Positions 30,801 through 46,654 of a stretch of DNA of 64,000 nt are shown here, in pieces; position 1 is the stretch's first letter, and each line of letters starts with the position of its first letter. The stretch comes from Azolla caroliniana (taxonomy: Eukaryota; Plantae; Polypodiophyta): NCBI GenBank assembly GCA_043228905.1, contig JBHGNT010000021.1, forward strand, positions 1,984,001 through 2,048,000, in the 5' to 3' direction. The position numbers and the translations under genes were made by a program. A model generated the notes under the pieces. That model made no database searches, was not told where the DNA came from, and was given only the letters and a program-made list of their open reading frames with translations.

Positions 30801-32043
30801 AGTGAGAATTGATATAATGGAGAAGGAGAATGCAAAGTTGGACACAACTCTGTGTAAATACCAAGCAATTCATCTTGATATCAATGGATGAAGAATACGA
30901 AAACGTAAAAGAAATAAGAAACCGATGTCAAATAGGAATTTGTTTCCCGCCTATCATTTACCACAAAATTTTGCAAGAACATTAGATTTCATGAATCTAT
31001 CAGCAAAAGAAGCAACCAAGAGAGAAAAAGAACAATCCTAATGACTCTATTCATTGGATTTACAGACATTGAAATTTAGCCCAAGTTTGCTTTGGGGTTT
31101 TCTTCACATAAGCCAAAAGGCCACAAAAAGTAAAACGCCTGTTTTCTATTTGGACACAAAAGATCTCCAAAAATGGCTCAAGAAGTGGGACACTGGATAC
31201 TCTGTTGAAGCTACCCAAGAAATTTATGTGTATGACTCAGACAGACATGGAATTCCATTGCATGAATACTAACCTTATCGAGCAATGTCTGATCAGAATT
31301 CTATCATTGCAAGATTTGTTTACCCAAAAGTCTCATAAATCCCACATGTTTGGTCCCACGTAAAATTAAATCATTGTAAGGATTGTTAGGGCATGCGTTC
31401 CATAGGTCTTCTTCATATTACTAGCCTCCAGAGGATTATAATATATCATCACCCTTTCTCTCTGGTTACCAGACCAGACATGATCATTGTAATGGAATCC
31501 TTGGAATAAATAATTAAAACACAGCATAGCAAAGGCTGTAAACATGAAAAGAGGGTGTGAAAATACAAAACAAAAAGCTAAAGAATATAATAAATGAACA
31601 TGGATCATTACAAGGTCATAAGCATAATCACAAGATCATTGCAATAAGAGAACACGGATCATAAGCTAAAGAATTGCGAAAATTGGAAACACATAATTGC
31701 TCGATTGAAGAGGGGCATAACACCAATCGAATTATGCGTTTTTAAATTTAGCAATTTATGAATATTCATGGGCAAAAATGTTTAAAATGTCTCTGAGGAT
31801 GTACATGGTTCACGAGGATTTAATGCAATCAGAATGACAACACTAGTGCAAAAAATTGAAATGCGAGATAATAATAACAACAAACAAAATGGAAATACTT
31901 GAAGTTACAATAGAATAGAACAGAAGAGAAAAATTGGTATGTGTAACATACGAGAGGTCGCGTTTGAGCTCTTGCTTGTAGCCGAGCTCATGGAGTCGTT
32001 TTTGGCCTGAATCGAACACTTGCACTAACTGAGAAACGGCCAT
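27851..32043 (-). CDS. BAT1: Amino-acid permease BAT1 / GABA-permease-like APC transporter, copy A (519 aa)
   Basis: Exons 32043-31952, 30849-30589, 30296-30278, 30111-29892, 29773-29592, 29510-29221, 28469-28340, 28216-27851. All introns GT-AG; 1560 nt in frame. Motifs RLHELGYKQELKRDLS, MAEICSAYPTSGGLY, GYDASAHMSEETK, SNSRMAYAFSRDGAMP, FVPGPFNLG. Confidence 0.95.
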
Positions 32044-32344
32044 ATGTAATTAATGATGACTGGCCGAAGATCAGGAAGGAAATGGCAGAAGAAACAGTGG
32101 AGGAGAGACCTTTCCCTTGATGTTCCGAGTCTGTCGTAGCTTCTGCTTTTCTCCTCCATTCATTCCGATCTATCTTTCCATACTTCCTCTTCATTCCAAC
32201 TGCAATCATTCAATTCAAATGAATAGTTGAACGACTGAAGGACTGATTCAATTCAAATTCGATTCAAAATTCAATTTCCTGATTGCGATGGGTACAGGCT
32301 ACAGCCAAAGATCAACAAGGAAGTGGATAGGAGAGAGTCGAGAC

Positions 32345-32935
32345 TAGGTATTGTGAACGGTTCAGATTCGGCTTAACCGGTTTTTCCTTGTCCAAACCAA
32401 ACCGGTTGGTTTGGAAACTTTCAAACTTCAACCAAACTATTTAAACTTAACCGGTTTGGGCCTGAGCCTTGCCATACCGAGCTCAAACCGATTTACGAAG
32501 CTCAAGCCTGAACCGAACCGTTGCCGACTCCTAGGAGAGACCCAAAAGCAAGGAAATCGAAATTGCCACCACAAGAAAAGAATAGAATATGAGTTCAAAC
32601 TGATTTGAAATAGAATATGAAAGAGATTGATTATCAAAAACCCTAAACCCTAAACCGGCTCGGATTCAGCTTAACCGGTTTGTCCTTGTCCAAACCAAAC
32701 TGGTTGGTTTGGAAGCTTTCAAACTTCAACCAAACCATTTAGCCTTAACCGGTTTGGGTGTGAGCCTTGCCAAACCGACCTCAAACCGGTTTACGAAGCT
32801 CAAGCCTGAACCAAACCGTTGCCGACTCCTAAGAGAGACCCAAAAGCAAGGAAATCGAATTTGCCACCGCAATAAAAGAATAGAATATGAGTTCAAACCG
32901 ATTTGAAATAGAATATGAAAAAGATTGGTTATCAA
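32345..32935. mobile_element. Short AACCG-rich hAT-type MITE within a ~298-bp tandem duplication upstream of BAT1-A
   Basis: MITE 32345-32533 (TAGGTATTGTGAACGG...CCGTTGCCGACTCCTA) with degenerate TSD GTCGAGAC/GGAGAGAC. Segment ~32357-32636 is repeated at ~32655-32935. Confidence 0.75.
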
Positions 32936-33499
32936 GAGACTTTTGAGTTTTGAATGAGATGGAAGATGAAACATGTTTTTCTACCCTTTTTTTTATGTGG
33001 AACCCATTGGAAGGATGGATTGACAAGGAAGTTATACTTATAAGTTATGACCAAGCGTATTTGTCTTTAGGTAAGGATTAGTATTCTTCAGCAAAACATT
33101 TGGTTTGGGCCAAAACAAAACCATGAAATTGTGTCTTAATTGGTTTATTCAAGTATATTCAATCCCCAAATTTGGAAAATGATTACCATGTTTCTTTGGG
33201 TCGGTGTGAAATTTGTATTAGTTTACTGGTTTATAGATCATCGCGGCTTAAACGACTTAGATTTGAGAATCTCTTAACACAATTTCATGGTTTTGGTTTT
33301 ACATTTCCAAAATTTAAAGAGTTTGAGTTTCCCCAACTGAATCAAAATCCTACTTGATTGCTACTCAATAAGGTGGGGTTTTTTGTTTTCTCAAAATTAG
33401 TACGAAGTAAAAGGTGTTTTACTAGAGTAGCCTTTAACTAACTTTGTCAACCCATTTCTCTTGATAAACCCAAAACGTGTCTAATGGATCAGTTTAATA

Positions 33500-35160
33500 A
33501 GTACCCACCTTTGGCAATACTATACCCCCATACCCCCATACCAAGGAGGTTACAAGTTTTCTTATACAATGATGTAAAATACTCCTAAGACCCAATATCG
33601 AACTTTGTAAAGGATGTTTACATTTCTTGATATTCAAGAAAGAGTTCATGGAAGTCGATATTGCCATTGAGGCTCTTGAGTTGACATTGTAAACAGGGGC
33701 ACCTTTTTCCATAAGTGAAGAAGATTTTCCCTTTTCTTGTTCATAATATCTAGGGAACCCTGCATATTGTCATACTGGCCACGGACTACTGCCAGCAAGT
33801 TCTCCCATATCTCAAACAACACATCTGAGAGATGAATGTCTATTGCACCATAAAGTCGGTTACATCGATATTTCCATAATGCCCATAACGTTATTGTGGT
33901 CACAGTTTTCCAAATTTGGATAGATCACACCTGCTTTCAAAGTTGTTGGAAGGGACTAACTAATATCAATCTTCTATTATGTATTGTCATTGCCTCATGA
34001 ACATCGTTTGCCTCATATAACATCAAGCTGGAATGTAACATTCCCCACATCGTTGATCCCCGTGAGAATAGGCAACCGACATTGGTTGTTAGGAATAAAG
34101 ACATGACTTTCTTCCATACTTGTTGAGCAAAAGAACAAGACCATAGGCCATGCTCGGTAGTCTCCTGACGTTCATGGCAAAAGCCACATTGCCGCAAATT
34201 GGGTGCTACATTCCCTTTCAATGAATGACCAACTGGTAGTGCCATATGCACTAATAACCATCGAAAGAGAAGAAATTTAGTTGGCCCCTTCAATGACCAT
34301 ATGCATTTCCAGCAGGTTCTCAAATGCAAAGTGGAGACACCCCAATTGGTCCAATGTTTTTGATCTGTTGGTATCGTTACATTCTGAGAGAGCAGTAATG
34401 ATCTTCCAAGTTTTACTGAGTACTGAAAGAAGGGGACCTTTACGACCTTTTCCCCCAAAGAGTGTGACCAAAGCCAACCCCCCAGATCCCATGTTAATCT
34501 TGCAACAAGATCTTTTGCGTATAACCACAAGATATCACACATATGAGCAATTGATGGATAAGGATCAAGGATCCATTTCTTTCCAGTTTTAGCAACCACC
34601 CTAACTGGTGCACTTCGCAAGTCCTGTAGATAATTGCAATCAAATGTATAAGATTGCAATCTATTGTTGTCTAGGACCTCAAAATAAGAAACGCGCCCAT
34701 TAGGTGAAACGCCCTTAATAGTCATCAATGTATCATTTGTGAAGCATCCAAACCATAGATGTTCCTGCATAGGTTGGAAGGTTGTAAAAAACGAAGAATA
34801 TGTTGTTGATAAGGTAGCCATCATTATCTTGGCACCATGAACTAATTGTAGATGTGCAAGTCGATCTTCTTGTGACATTTGTTGAAAATGAGTCCAAGTT
34901 CTTACAGATGCAGCTAGCCCATTATCCAATTTACCCCAAGCAAGGTGAGTACGCAAGCCCAATACTTTTCTTGCATTATCCCGAAATAGAGAATTGGCAA
35001 GCATAGGCTGATTAAGTAATGCATCCCAGGTAGAAGGTTTGTCCTTTAGCAAAAATGATTTAATCGCATCCCACGCTCTTATGATTCCTAACAAAAATCT
35101 ATTGGATGCAAGATTCCTCCTTGGCATTTTCATGTCATTCAAGAACAACCACTTTAGAGC
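33500..35160 (-). mobile_element. 5'-truncated L1-type LINE (ORF2 C-terminus with zf-RVT)
   Basis: ORF 33937-35148 has WKCIWSLKGPTKFLLFRWLLVHMALP and CGFCHERQETTEHGLWSC. The next ORF has TLWALWKYRCNRLY. Confidence 0.85.
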
Positions 35161-38100
35161 GGAGTTAACTGATTTATAAATTCTGTTTTAAATGCCAATG
35201 CTAGTGATAAATAATGCATTGTCTTAATATTGATAAGCATTGACTACATCCTCAAGCATTGGCATTGGTACCATTTGAAAAAGTAACGTGATCCAAATAA
35301 TTAGAAGGTAAGAACCTCATGACTTCCTAGTGTGAAAGGGCCCAAGTGCAAAGAGATGAAATTGTGAAAGAAGCATAAAATGCAGCATTAAAGGTTCTTG
35401 TTACCACTTCTTTTTTATATCCTCACTTATAGCTAGAGTTGTGATTCTTAGGTCTCCCCTTTCATTTTATTTAATTTTGGTGGAAACACACAATTATATC
35501 AATAAATGTGTGTCGAAAACACTACAACAACATCACAATTGATTGTTGTCACCATTTCAAGGATGTGGTACATGCCAAATCACCAACATGCAATATAAAC
35601 ACGCCAATGAGGAAATAGTTTTGACTTGCTCTAATAAACAAAATTGGCACATTAATACTCCCGTCAACTTTCATAAATATGTGTCTACCATCAATTTTAA
35701 ATCCCACAATTATTGGGAAAAGGGGTATTTGGAGAAAGTGTAGTGGGAGAATGGTATTTCGGGAAAGTGTGTTGCAAGAACCGTATTTTGGGAAAGTTTG
35801 CTCAGAGAAAAGTGGTTTGGGAAAGGGTGTTTTGGGAAAGTGTGTTGGGATATGAGTGTTTCGAGAAATTTTGATGGGTCCCTTGTTCCCTCTTTTCTTG
35901 TAGATGAATTTTAGCTAACTTGATGTCGTAATGTCCGATTTGGCAATACTTTTCTCCAATTAAACTCTTTTATACAAAATGCACGCAACACACTAATTGT
36001 TTTGGAAATAAAAATAAAAATGCACGCTCAACAAGTTTCCTTTTCCTTAAAAGGTCGAATGGCAACTGGTTGGCCAAACACCATATTTTTGAGGACTCAA
36101 ATGCCACGGGCTTGACTCTCACCTTTTGCTCTTTTGCTTGTAACTTCCTCAAAGAAACTCTGATTGACAAACCACAAATTATGTTTCTTGCTTTTCATGG
36201 ATTTTCTTATATGATTGCATGACAAACACTTGGATATATAGATTTGAGTGCCACCTCCTACGAATTTACACAAGCTCCATCCCAATGAGCCAAATCGTAA
36301 TCTGAAAGATTTGCAACTATCCTTGTTCGACCATAGATCACATATGACTCTCCTCCAAATTTGCATAAGTTGTTATAAAACGATTACAATAACTTCTGAT
36401 AGACCTATTAAGCTTGCAACTTGATACAATCGAGGGTAGAACCCCCGAGCCCATTAAATTGGGTGGCTAGAATAGGATATGAATGAAAAAAATGACTAGA
36501 GATGAAGAAAATGATAAGAATGTCGGGATGAGATCAATAAGTTTTGGTGTAGCAAGTCTACAATCGACAACCATGTCAACTTTTGTCATTGTAGGCCTCC
36601 AACATGTCCTCTTGATTGGCTATCCCATGACAATCCGTTCATTGATAGAGCCAAGGTGGGTCTCTCAAAAATCCCCTCATTTGCAATGAGCTCTCTTTTT
36701 CCTTTTAAAGGTTTCAAGAGGGCCACTACCATAATAGTTTCTTAACCTCGATAGCCGATTGTAAAGTATGCGGTATATAGGTTTTTATCGCATGTCTCAT
36801 CCATATATTCCATGGAGTGTAGATAAACTCTCTTTCTTCATTGTGTAGATAAACTCTCTTTCTTCATTATCCAGAATGAATTTTGAACTCTACACCTTAC
36901 CATTCTGAATGTAACCCTTGCTAGTCAATGTTGCCTTTTTGTTGGTACAATCGTTACCTCTTTTAGGTAGCCCCATTTTCTTATTCCTTAACCATATCAT
37001 GACATGAAAAGGATGAATTCCCTTGTCATCCCATCAACAAGATGGTGTTTAGTTTAGGTCAGACATACAACATTGGATTCAACACTAACTGCACATATAC
37101 ACACATATATAAACAAACACAATTGTCACACACAAACACTCATTTTTGCACCTTCTTGGTACACATTCACACACTAGTAGCACGCAACCAATTCTCACAC
37201 AACAAGAAAGTTGACTAGTTTGTCCATATGCATGCATGATCTTATAGCAGAACACTAGGCACCTTGCAAATATTGATTTGAGATGAAACCTCAAATAGCA
37301 TTGAACATTGACCAACTCTAAAGGAAACATCCTCAAATCCAAGTGATGGCAATACTCTAAAGTTATCTCCCACTATATTGAGATAACTCAATCCTCACCT
37401 TTTATCCTTACACATTAGCCCACTAGTACGATTACAATTATGCTAGTAAGAAGAAGAGTATTACAATATTGACATATAGACACAACATAACTACATGTAT
37501 CCCCAACATTGGCCCAAGTTGCCTATGTCCAACTACAAGTGATGACTTATACTGCAATATTGACATAGACACATCATGACGAGATGTATCCTAACATTGG
37601 CCCAAGTTGGCTATGTCTAACTAGAGTGATGGATTGTGTTTATCTTTTTGTTGAGATTAATACCTCCAATATGGTGAAGTAGCTTTAAAAGATTAATGGG
37701 TTATATAGTATTACTAAGACACAATGGTTATAGATCTATCTATTGAACTATGTACTTTCTACTAATTGAATCGGCAAATGTATTTGATTTTTGGTTTAAT
37801 GATGATCCATATCAATAAAGAGAAATGGCCTTTTAATAGGTTTAATTGAAGAAGGTGAGATATGTTATTGATATAGGATGAGACATGTATGTATAACATA
37901 GAAAATGAAGGATAAACAATGGATCAAGAATTTGGTGTGTCGAGAATAGTAGGCAACTTTGTTAGGAGATTCCCCATACTAAGAGAAGATTTACAATGTT
38001 CTCCTACTACATGTGCACATCTCATATTGTACATAATTAACACCTATTGTATTTCTAGTAGCACTTATTGAGCTCCAAAAAATTCTTTCTATTTATGCTT

Positions 38101-39399
38101 TGTACCTAATTAGGGCCCCTATTATCCTGCAAAATGCATGTTTTCTTTGCAAATAGCTCATGTAATATAATTGCTCTTTAATACCTTATCTTTCTTATCA
38201 TTGCCTTATCACTATGCCATAATCATTATATATTGTTTTGGGCCTTGGCAAAGATAGCCCAACTTTGATAGAATATGTTTGTACTCTTCGAATAAATGTT
38301 TGATTTAGGTCCAACAATTTTGGACTTTGGCATCCTATGGCATATAAAGCTCAGTAACATATTGTTATTGGAAGAACTAGTTTCTTCCATGTTCTATGAA
38401 TCATCAACTATTGAACTATCTTGGGAAACCAAAATTCACTAATAAGAACAATTATGTGAAATTTGAAAATGTTTCCAATAAGATACATTTCTTAATGATG
38501 AATGGTTAATAAAACAAACACTTCTCATATGCACTACGACAAACTCATGATGTTGAATAGAAGCCATTATCTTAACAGTAGAATCACATAATCGTTTAAA
38601 TAAACAAATACTTTAACATGATATGAGTCAACAATGTAACTGATACTAAAGGTTGCACGTTTTGAGGATATTGCAACGTCGTAAAGGGTGAGCTTTGGAC
38701 CTTGGTAGAAAAGCCCCTCTTACTTTCTACTAAAGTTAAGGGCTTACGAAACCCATTATGACAACATACTGACTTTACAACTTGAGAGCCTGAATAGATG
38801 GGGCTTACTATCCTTAAAATAAATAAATGACACAATAATGCGAGATTCTTTGACCATTGATCCAGATCCTTCCATGTCATTATAACTATCTTTACGCAAT
38901 GGCAAAGCCCAAGAATTTATGGGAAATCACAAAGTTGCATGATGATTGAACTTCTAGAGTTTCATTGATTGCTTGTTTCCAATTCAAGAAACTCTTAAAT
39001 CAAATTTTGGGTGTAAACGTTATATGCACAAACTATAAAAACAAAAACTAATATTGGAAATATAGCACGAGGCCTCACCTTGTCTCATTGTCCCTCCTAG
39101 CTTTAAGGGGCAATGAGGCCCATCCATATAGACTTTGGTCTTAGTGCCATTAAAAATTATAAAGGGTCAAACCCCTCAAAGAACGACCTTTTGTATTTAA
39201 GCCATGAACTTTTGTAGCGAAGTCCAACTTTGGAATAAGGTATGTTCCTTGGACATTTTGAAATACAAATATTTTATCGGTATTCTTTAATAAGGTAACG
39301 ATTATTCCTAATTTAAAATTCTTGTGCAATGATAGATTGAATGTGCTACCCACTACAAGCAAGAAAGATAGTATATCATGCATTTGAGATCATATGTGA

Positions 39400-40302
39400 T
39401 AGTGCAAAAATCAAATGTTGGGTCCCCAAGAAAACCTTTTAGACACTTTGGTGACACTAGTGGTTCTCTATCGGGTTGGATGTATGAAGCGGTAGCACTC
39501 CTAAGTCTGCTTGGAAAGAGTTAGGAAAATGTCCTTGAAAGCATTTAGGTACAAAGTTTTTACAAGTCAAGAAGCAGATGTCATAAACCCTCTCACTTCT
39601 TGAGACTTGATCATTACCTATTGATATCATGACCATGGAAAGGGTTGTTAAATACATGCTTAAGGTTTAAAAAATCTCACATGTCAACTACATAGAATTG
39701 AATGTGAAGCAAGTAAAAAGATTCAAAATAAACATAAGGGCAAAGCTTTGTGCTCCAAGTGGATGCAAGATATAAAAAAAAGGTTTGGATCATGCTTTTG
39801 TGGTGTGTGAAAAGACTCTTTTATGAATGAGGCCTTTCTACAACATGAATGTGTCATGATATGGGAAAATGGTGGAGACCCATTATTCACACATTGTACA
39901 AAATCATATTCTTTGTTGAATAGGGAAATGACACACATCATTACACGTTAGAGCCCATCTCATTATCAGTCATTGAAACCATTGTGCATAAGTGATGGAT
40001 TTACTTGACAATGAACATCTTGCCTTAAACAAGTGGGAGTTTGAGTATCACATTTTGATACAATGTTGCCTATGATTGCATTCAATTAAGGTTTACACAC
40101 ATCGTCAACCCAACTCAATTCTCAAGGCATGAATTTCTCTCATAGGTTTTGTATGCACTCTCAATTCCAACATTCATTAGTGACGTTTTTAAACATCGAG
40201 CGTCACTACTCACTTTCATATGTATTACGTGAAAGATTATATTGTTTGTCTCCTAGATTCTATTTGGCCTAAGAAGATGACAATAAAGTCTATCTATCTA
40301 TA
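39400..40302 (+). mobile_element. Decayed LINE of the same type as 9600-10572
   Basis: Frameshifted residues WKEL...FLQVKKQM...LPIDIMTMERVVKYM parallel WNEIEKIQK...LGVK...PIEILALQRVYKY at 9.6-9.8 kb. Ends in an (ATCT)n tail near 40290. Confidence 0.5.
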
Positions 40303-41715
40303 GCTACATTGGCTTCAAGGAAACATTTAGAGTAATGACTAAATGAGTCTGAATAACAAGATGTTGCATGTTAAAGGATAGTGTAAAATCACATTTGTTT
40401 CACGTTATCTTGACTATATGCCCTTAAGACTTTATAATTGCAAATTAATACCTATGAGCATCCGTATTATGGTTTAAATGTTGACGGTAAACTCTATATT
40501 CTATTGTCTTAAGGTTGTGCATTTAATTTTAATGCATGTTCAATGTTGAATCCATTGATATTTTTAGTTTGATATACATAATGTACACCAACACCTTAAA
40601 TTAATCCTAAAAACTTTCTTGAAACAAGGGTTAAGTTATGTTTTTCAACCTTTAGAAGGAGCAAACTACCTCATCATGTGACCAAGTTCACTATCCGAAA
40701 TTAAATTTCTCAAAAAATATTTATCTTAGTTTGCTATCTTGCGTCTCACTCTATCCTTTTGCTGGTGAGTTTTTTTGGTATCACAAATATTTATCAAACC
40801 CTAAGGCCTTGAATCAATGAAGTTGATATTTTAAGAGTGACTACTTTATTGACTTGGTCATTGCAATTGGATACGTGAATGAGTTTTTCAAGCAATGTCC
40901 TTCTCAACCATAACATAATATTTGCCAATATTTCAAGAAATGGCAAGGGCTAATTTGTATTATGTAAACATGCCCATTTGTATGTGGATGCATATATACC
41001 CACACAAACAAATGTGAATAAGGATTGAACATATTCACATGTCTTTATTGCCTATATTGTTCAGTCTCCACATGTCATTGTCATTTCGATATGCAGGGAA
41101 TATGCAAAGGCAGAAATTGACATTGATGGATTAACCACTAAAGTTTATTAACCTACATATTGATATTTAGAGCGTTAAGAGCTATGAGGTAACATTAAGT
41201 GCACGTTATTGATACGTGCTTCATATCAGTGGTTAATTGGTTACTCTTCTTGCCTATAGATCAAACATATTTTAATATACAAAAAAGATTCAAGTTCGAT
41301 TTTAAATAATGACACATCTATTTACATATTGAATTATTTGGCCATCCGAATGCGTACTAACATGCATTACATAAATCATGAAAGTGAATCAATGTGGGCT
41401 TTATAAAAAAGAAAAAGAAAACCGACAACGTGACTTAGTCTTTTCTACTTATATATGTTTCTGGAAAAATGTTTGGCTTTTTTTTCATAAATCGACTTGT
41501 AATAATTATGATAAAAAAGCGACTATATATAACTCAAAGTAATACAATCTTGGGATCTCAAACGAAATCCTATAGACTTTGAAATCTTGACAATACATCG
41601 GTCATTATATATACATGTATATGTATATGTGTAGATATAGGTATAGGTGTATATGCATGTATATGCATATATATAAGCTTCACATTCTCATTTGATCTCA
41701 TTATAATTCCCTCCA

Positions 41716-43063
<1,348 letters not shown>

Positions 43064-44341
43064 TTTCTGTGTGACAAAATGTGGTTGCCTTTGTTTTCTT
43101 ACTTCAATATATATGCAACCGTGGCTTACATTCCTATAATTTGTGTGGAAATCATTCAACATTTTTAATTGTTCAAGGATAACACTTAAATCGCCTAAAA
43201 AGGTTATGTTTCATTGTACATCAGCCATACACATAGATGCATATTCTATACTTGGTTTTCACATGTGCATACATGCATATAATGTATGTACATGGTGCAT
43301 GTGCACACACACATACGTGTGTAAAGAGAGAGACATCTATATGGTGCATGTTAGAAATATTTATATTCATTATTATAACATATTTTCAAATTCTTAGAGC
43401 ATGGATGCATATCGATTTTATTAACATCCTCGAAAACAAAGTATGGCCTATGCGATTGGAAAATGCTTAAAATAAGCCGATGAATGCTAACAATAATTGA
43501 GTGTCTCTGTCACAACCAAAAGTTTTAAGCAACATCTTTGTTTACCTCTCTATGCTATTGGGGTTCCTCTAACCTTATTGCCCATGCATCATTCTTTATG
43601 CAATCTTTCATTTCCGCAAATATGCCTCTTTGGACGATTTCACTCTTGTTCATCCCTTCTTTATGTTTTGTTCGAGATAACCTTCCTTTGAATCGTAAGG
43701 CATCATTTCCTCATCATTTGATTTTTTGGAGCATAGTTCTCTCTTCCTTCAAACATTTTTGGTTATTTGCATATGACATTGATCTAGGTTTATGTTTCTA
43801 CCACTTGTAGGAAAATCTTTTTTGGCTCTTATAGTTTTTGTGTTTGTTGGAGGATGGGGATGGGGAAGAAGGGAGGTGGTGGAAAAGAGAGATATGGGAA
43901 AATTTTACTTCAAGTAATAATTGATTAGTTACTACAAACATGTCACATTCATTTAAATATAATTTACATATAGCCTTCATGCAACCTTCACACTTACCAA
44001 TTCATCTACATTCATGTGCCCACGATCCTACATAGAAACCTTGGCATACAACATATGTTTCTTTACACAATGCATTGCACTTGATGGGAAACCTCAAAAT
44101 CATAAAGACTCTATATGCAAATATCTCACGTTAGCGCTCAAGTCACGAATGGGGGAAATAACCAAGAGCCACCTCAACGATGAAACGGATCGAGCCTGAT
44201 ATAGGAGATCAGAAGGCAACTGCCAAAATTTCTTGTTGATTATGGATAGTCTAGTATAATCGTATAGAGCCAAGATACCAATGTGTCTTCATAGGAAAAC
44301 TATGACCAAGAGAGTGTCCATGGTTGATATGCCCATGGGGC

Positions 44342-44441
44342 NNNNNNNNNNNNNNNNNNNNNNNNNNNNNNNNNNNNNNNNNNNNNNNNNNNNNNNNNNN
44401 NNNNNNNNNNNNNNNNNNNNNNNNNNNNNNNNNNNNNNNNN
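44342..44441. other. Assembly gap (100 N)
   Basis: Run of Ns; true size unknown. Confidence 0.99.
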
Positions 44442-44589
44442 AAGCCGTAGATGTCGAAGAGGAAGATGAGTATGGTGAAGATGATGATCAGGACGATGGA
44501 TATGGCGAACAGATGGGGATGTGGAGGGTTCGAGGGGGATATGATTTATGATGTATTTTGAGAAATAAAAGTGGTATAAATTGGTCAAA

Positions 44590-44783
44590 AGAGGTATATA
44601 GTGGCATTATCGTAAATAAGTTTAGGTTTAAGGGTATTTTGGTAAATAGGGCTTGTACATTTGAGTGTATATTTACTTTATAGAGTGTATTTTTTTGGAC
44701 ATAGGGATAGTTTGGTAAATTTGGAACTTCCAGGGGCATTATGGTAAATAGACAAACTTCCAGGGGTATCCTGGTACTTTTCC
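44590..44783. mobile_element. Possible Mutator-like element terminus
   Basis: Repeated GGGGCATT/GGGTATTT-TGGTAAAT motifs ending in ...GGTACTTTTCCC, typical of MULE TIR ends. Partner TIR not identified; the gap is nearby. Confidence 0.35.
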
Positions 44784-45350
44784 CTATATAATATCTCCTT
44801 TGACATGCAAATCACTTCCTCTTAAATAACTCATTGAAAAATATGTTGAAACTTATAGTGTAATGTCAAATTGTATGCATAATATGGAGAGTATTCTTTC
44901 ATGCAATAACATTTTAGCTTACGATACAATACGAGTGAAAGATGACATTTGTCAATGAGATGGGTGAATTTACAAAAACAACATCAAACAATATCTCACG
45001 GTATGAAAAAATGGTGTGAATTGTTAGTTGTCAAATTAGGTGAGCAGTGTTGGTGATTATGTTGGTAATGTCAAATAGTTAAAAGTACAACTTTAGTATA
45101 ATAAAATCCATAATCAAGATGGAATTTGGAAATTCTAAACATTGTGATTAGATAGAGAAACTCATTGCAACATCACTCCTTAACCATGGAATGCATAGTT
45201 GATTTATAATCAATATGGGGTCCCATTCGTTGATTGACTTTGTAAACCTTGTTCCACAACATGTTCAAAATGCCACCATGGAATGCATAACTCATTAAAG
45301 ATCGATACCATTTGTTGATTGACCTTTTAAAGAATGTTACACAATATATG

Positions 45351-45808
45351 TGTTAATAATTAGGTAATTTAGCAAGGGTTAATTAGTACCTAATTATGTG
45401 ATTAGTTGATAAGCGGAAGATTAAGTGATATGTGTGTGTATATGTGTGAGAGGAAGAGAGAGAGAGAGGAAGTTAACACTTATGTACAACACAAGATGGG
45501 GGATGAGAACTATATATTAAATTAGCATCAATATCATCATCATCATCATCAAAATACACAAATACCCACAATGAGGTATATATACATCTCATGTGCAAAG
45601 GTGCACATGTGTGAGTAGAATATAGGTACTAAGGTGTAAGTCGTATATTAAATGTACTTAGGAGTGGAGGATCTAGAATATCCCACTTAAGTACAAGGTC
45701 CTATTTAAGGTGTTATAGTCAACACTTTTAACTAGATTCTATCTAGGTAACTACGAAGTTACATAGTTGACTAACTAACTAAACTAAGTTGAGCTTGATC
45801 TCTCAACA
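45351..45808. mobile_element. Solo LTR (458 bp)
   Basis: TGTT...AACA termini flanked by a perfect 5-bp TSD ATATG (45346-45350 and 45809-45813). No internal coding sequence. Confidence 0.75.
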
Positions 45809-46654
45809 ATATGCAATAAAAGGCAAAGATTACTTCTTATCATGATAGTTCATCTATATTGTTGAGTATTGCTTCTTATCGTGATAACTCATCCCATTTA
45901 TTGATTGACCTTATAAAGAATATTACACAATATGTGCAAAACGCCAAGGATTTTTTTATTTTTTATTTTAAAAAAGGAGCTACTTTCCCATTAGTTATGA
46001 GATTTTTACAAAAAGATTATACAAGAAATTGGGGAATCTACAAAGTCATTGCAACATTACTCCTTAACTATGGAATGCATAACTGATTTATGATCAATAT
46101 GGGGTCCCATTCATTTCATCCACTTTGTAAAGCTTGTTACACAACATGTTCAAAATGTATATGTACATGTTCAAACTCATCTATATGTATTACGTGTTGA
46201 ACTTATATATATATATATACCTACAAGCCCAAGGATAGAGCAAACTTATGAAATGTTGGTTAAATATGTAGGGTGAGGAGGAGTACATTAATATATACAG
46301 TACCATAGCCTCCATTTTGATGTTTATTTCCCAAAATTGACCAAGAAGCAAAAAAGTGTGGAACAAATATTTGAACTCTTGCACCTTTTGAACCCAAGTA
46401 TTGGCTCTAGTTAATAGGCTTATCATCATTCTTATCTTGCCTCATCACTTTATTACTTTTATCAGAGGTGGTGATGGTGAGAGTAGGGTGCTTTTTATTG
46501 GCGGACGTTTATTTTATCCAGACCTGGATCGGACGGTGCAGATCGTGTGTGCCCTTAGCTAAGTGCCTTGCACCGTTCGTAGACATGAGCCATATCCACA
46601 CTTATATACATATACATATATATGTATACATATACATACATATATACATATATA

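Noticed and set aside
35715-35870. Repeated TTTGGGAAAG(T/G)G motifs
   Set aside because: Short degenerate repeat, probably TE-derived. No termini, spacer structure or ORF to support a call.
36400-37620. Possible decayed LTR-retrotransposon gag/LTR remnant
   Set aside because: Only vague compositional hints; boundaries and domains could not be established.
44281-44588. ORFs spanning the N run
   Set aside because: Artefacts of translating through the assembly gap.
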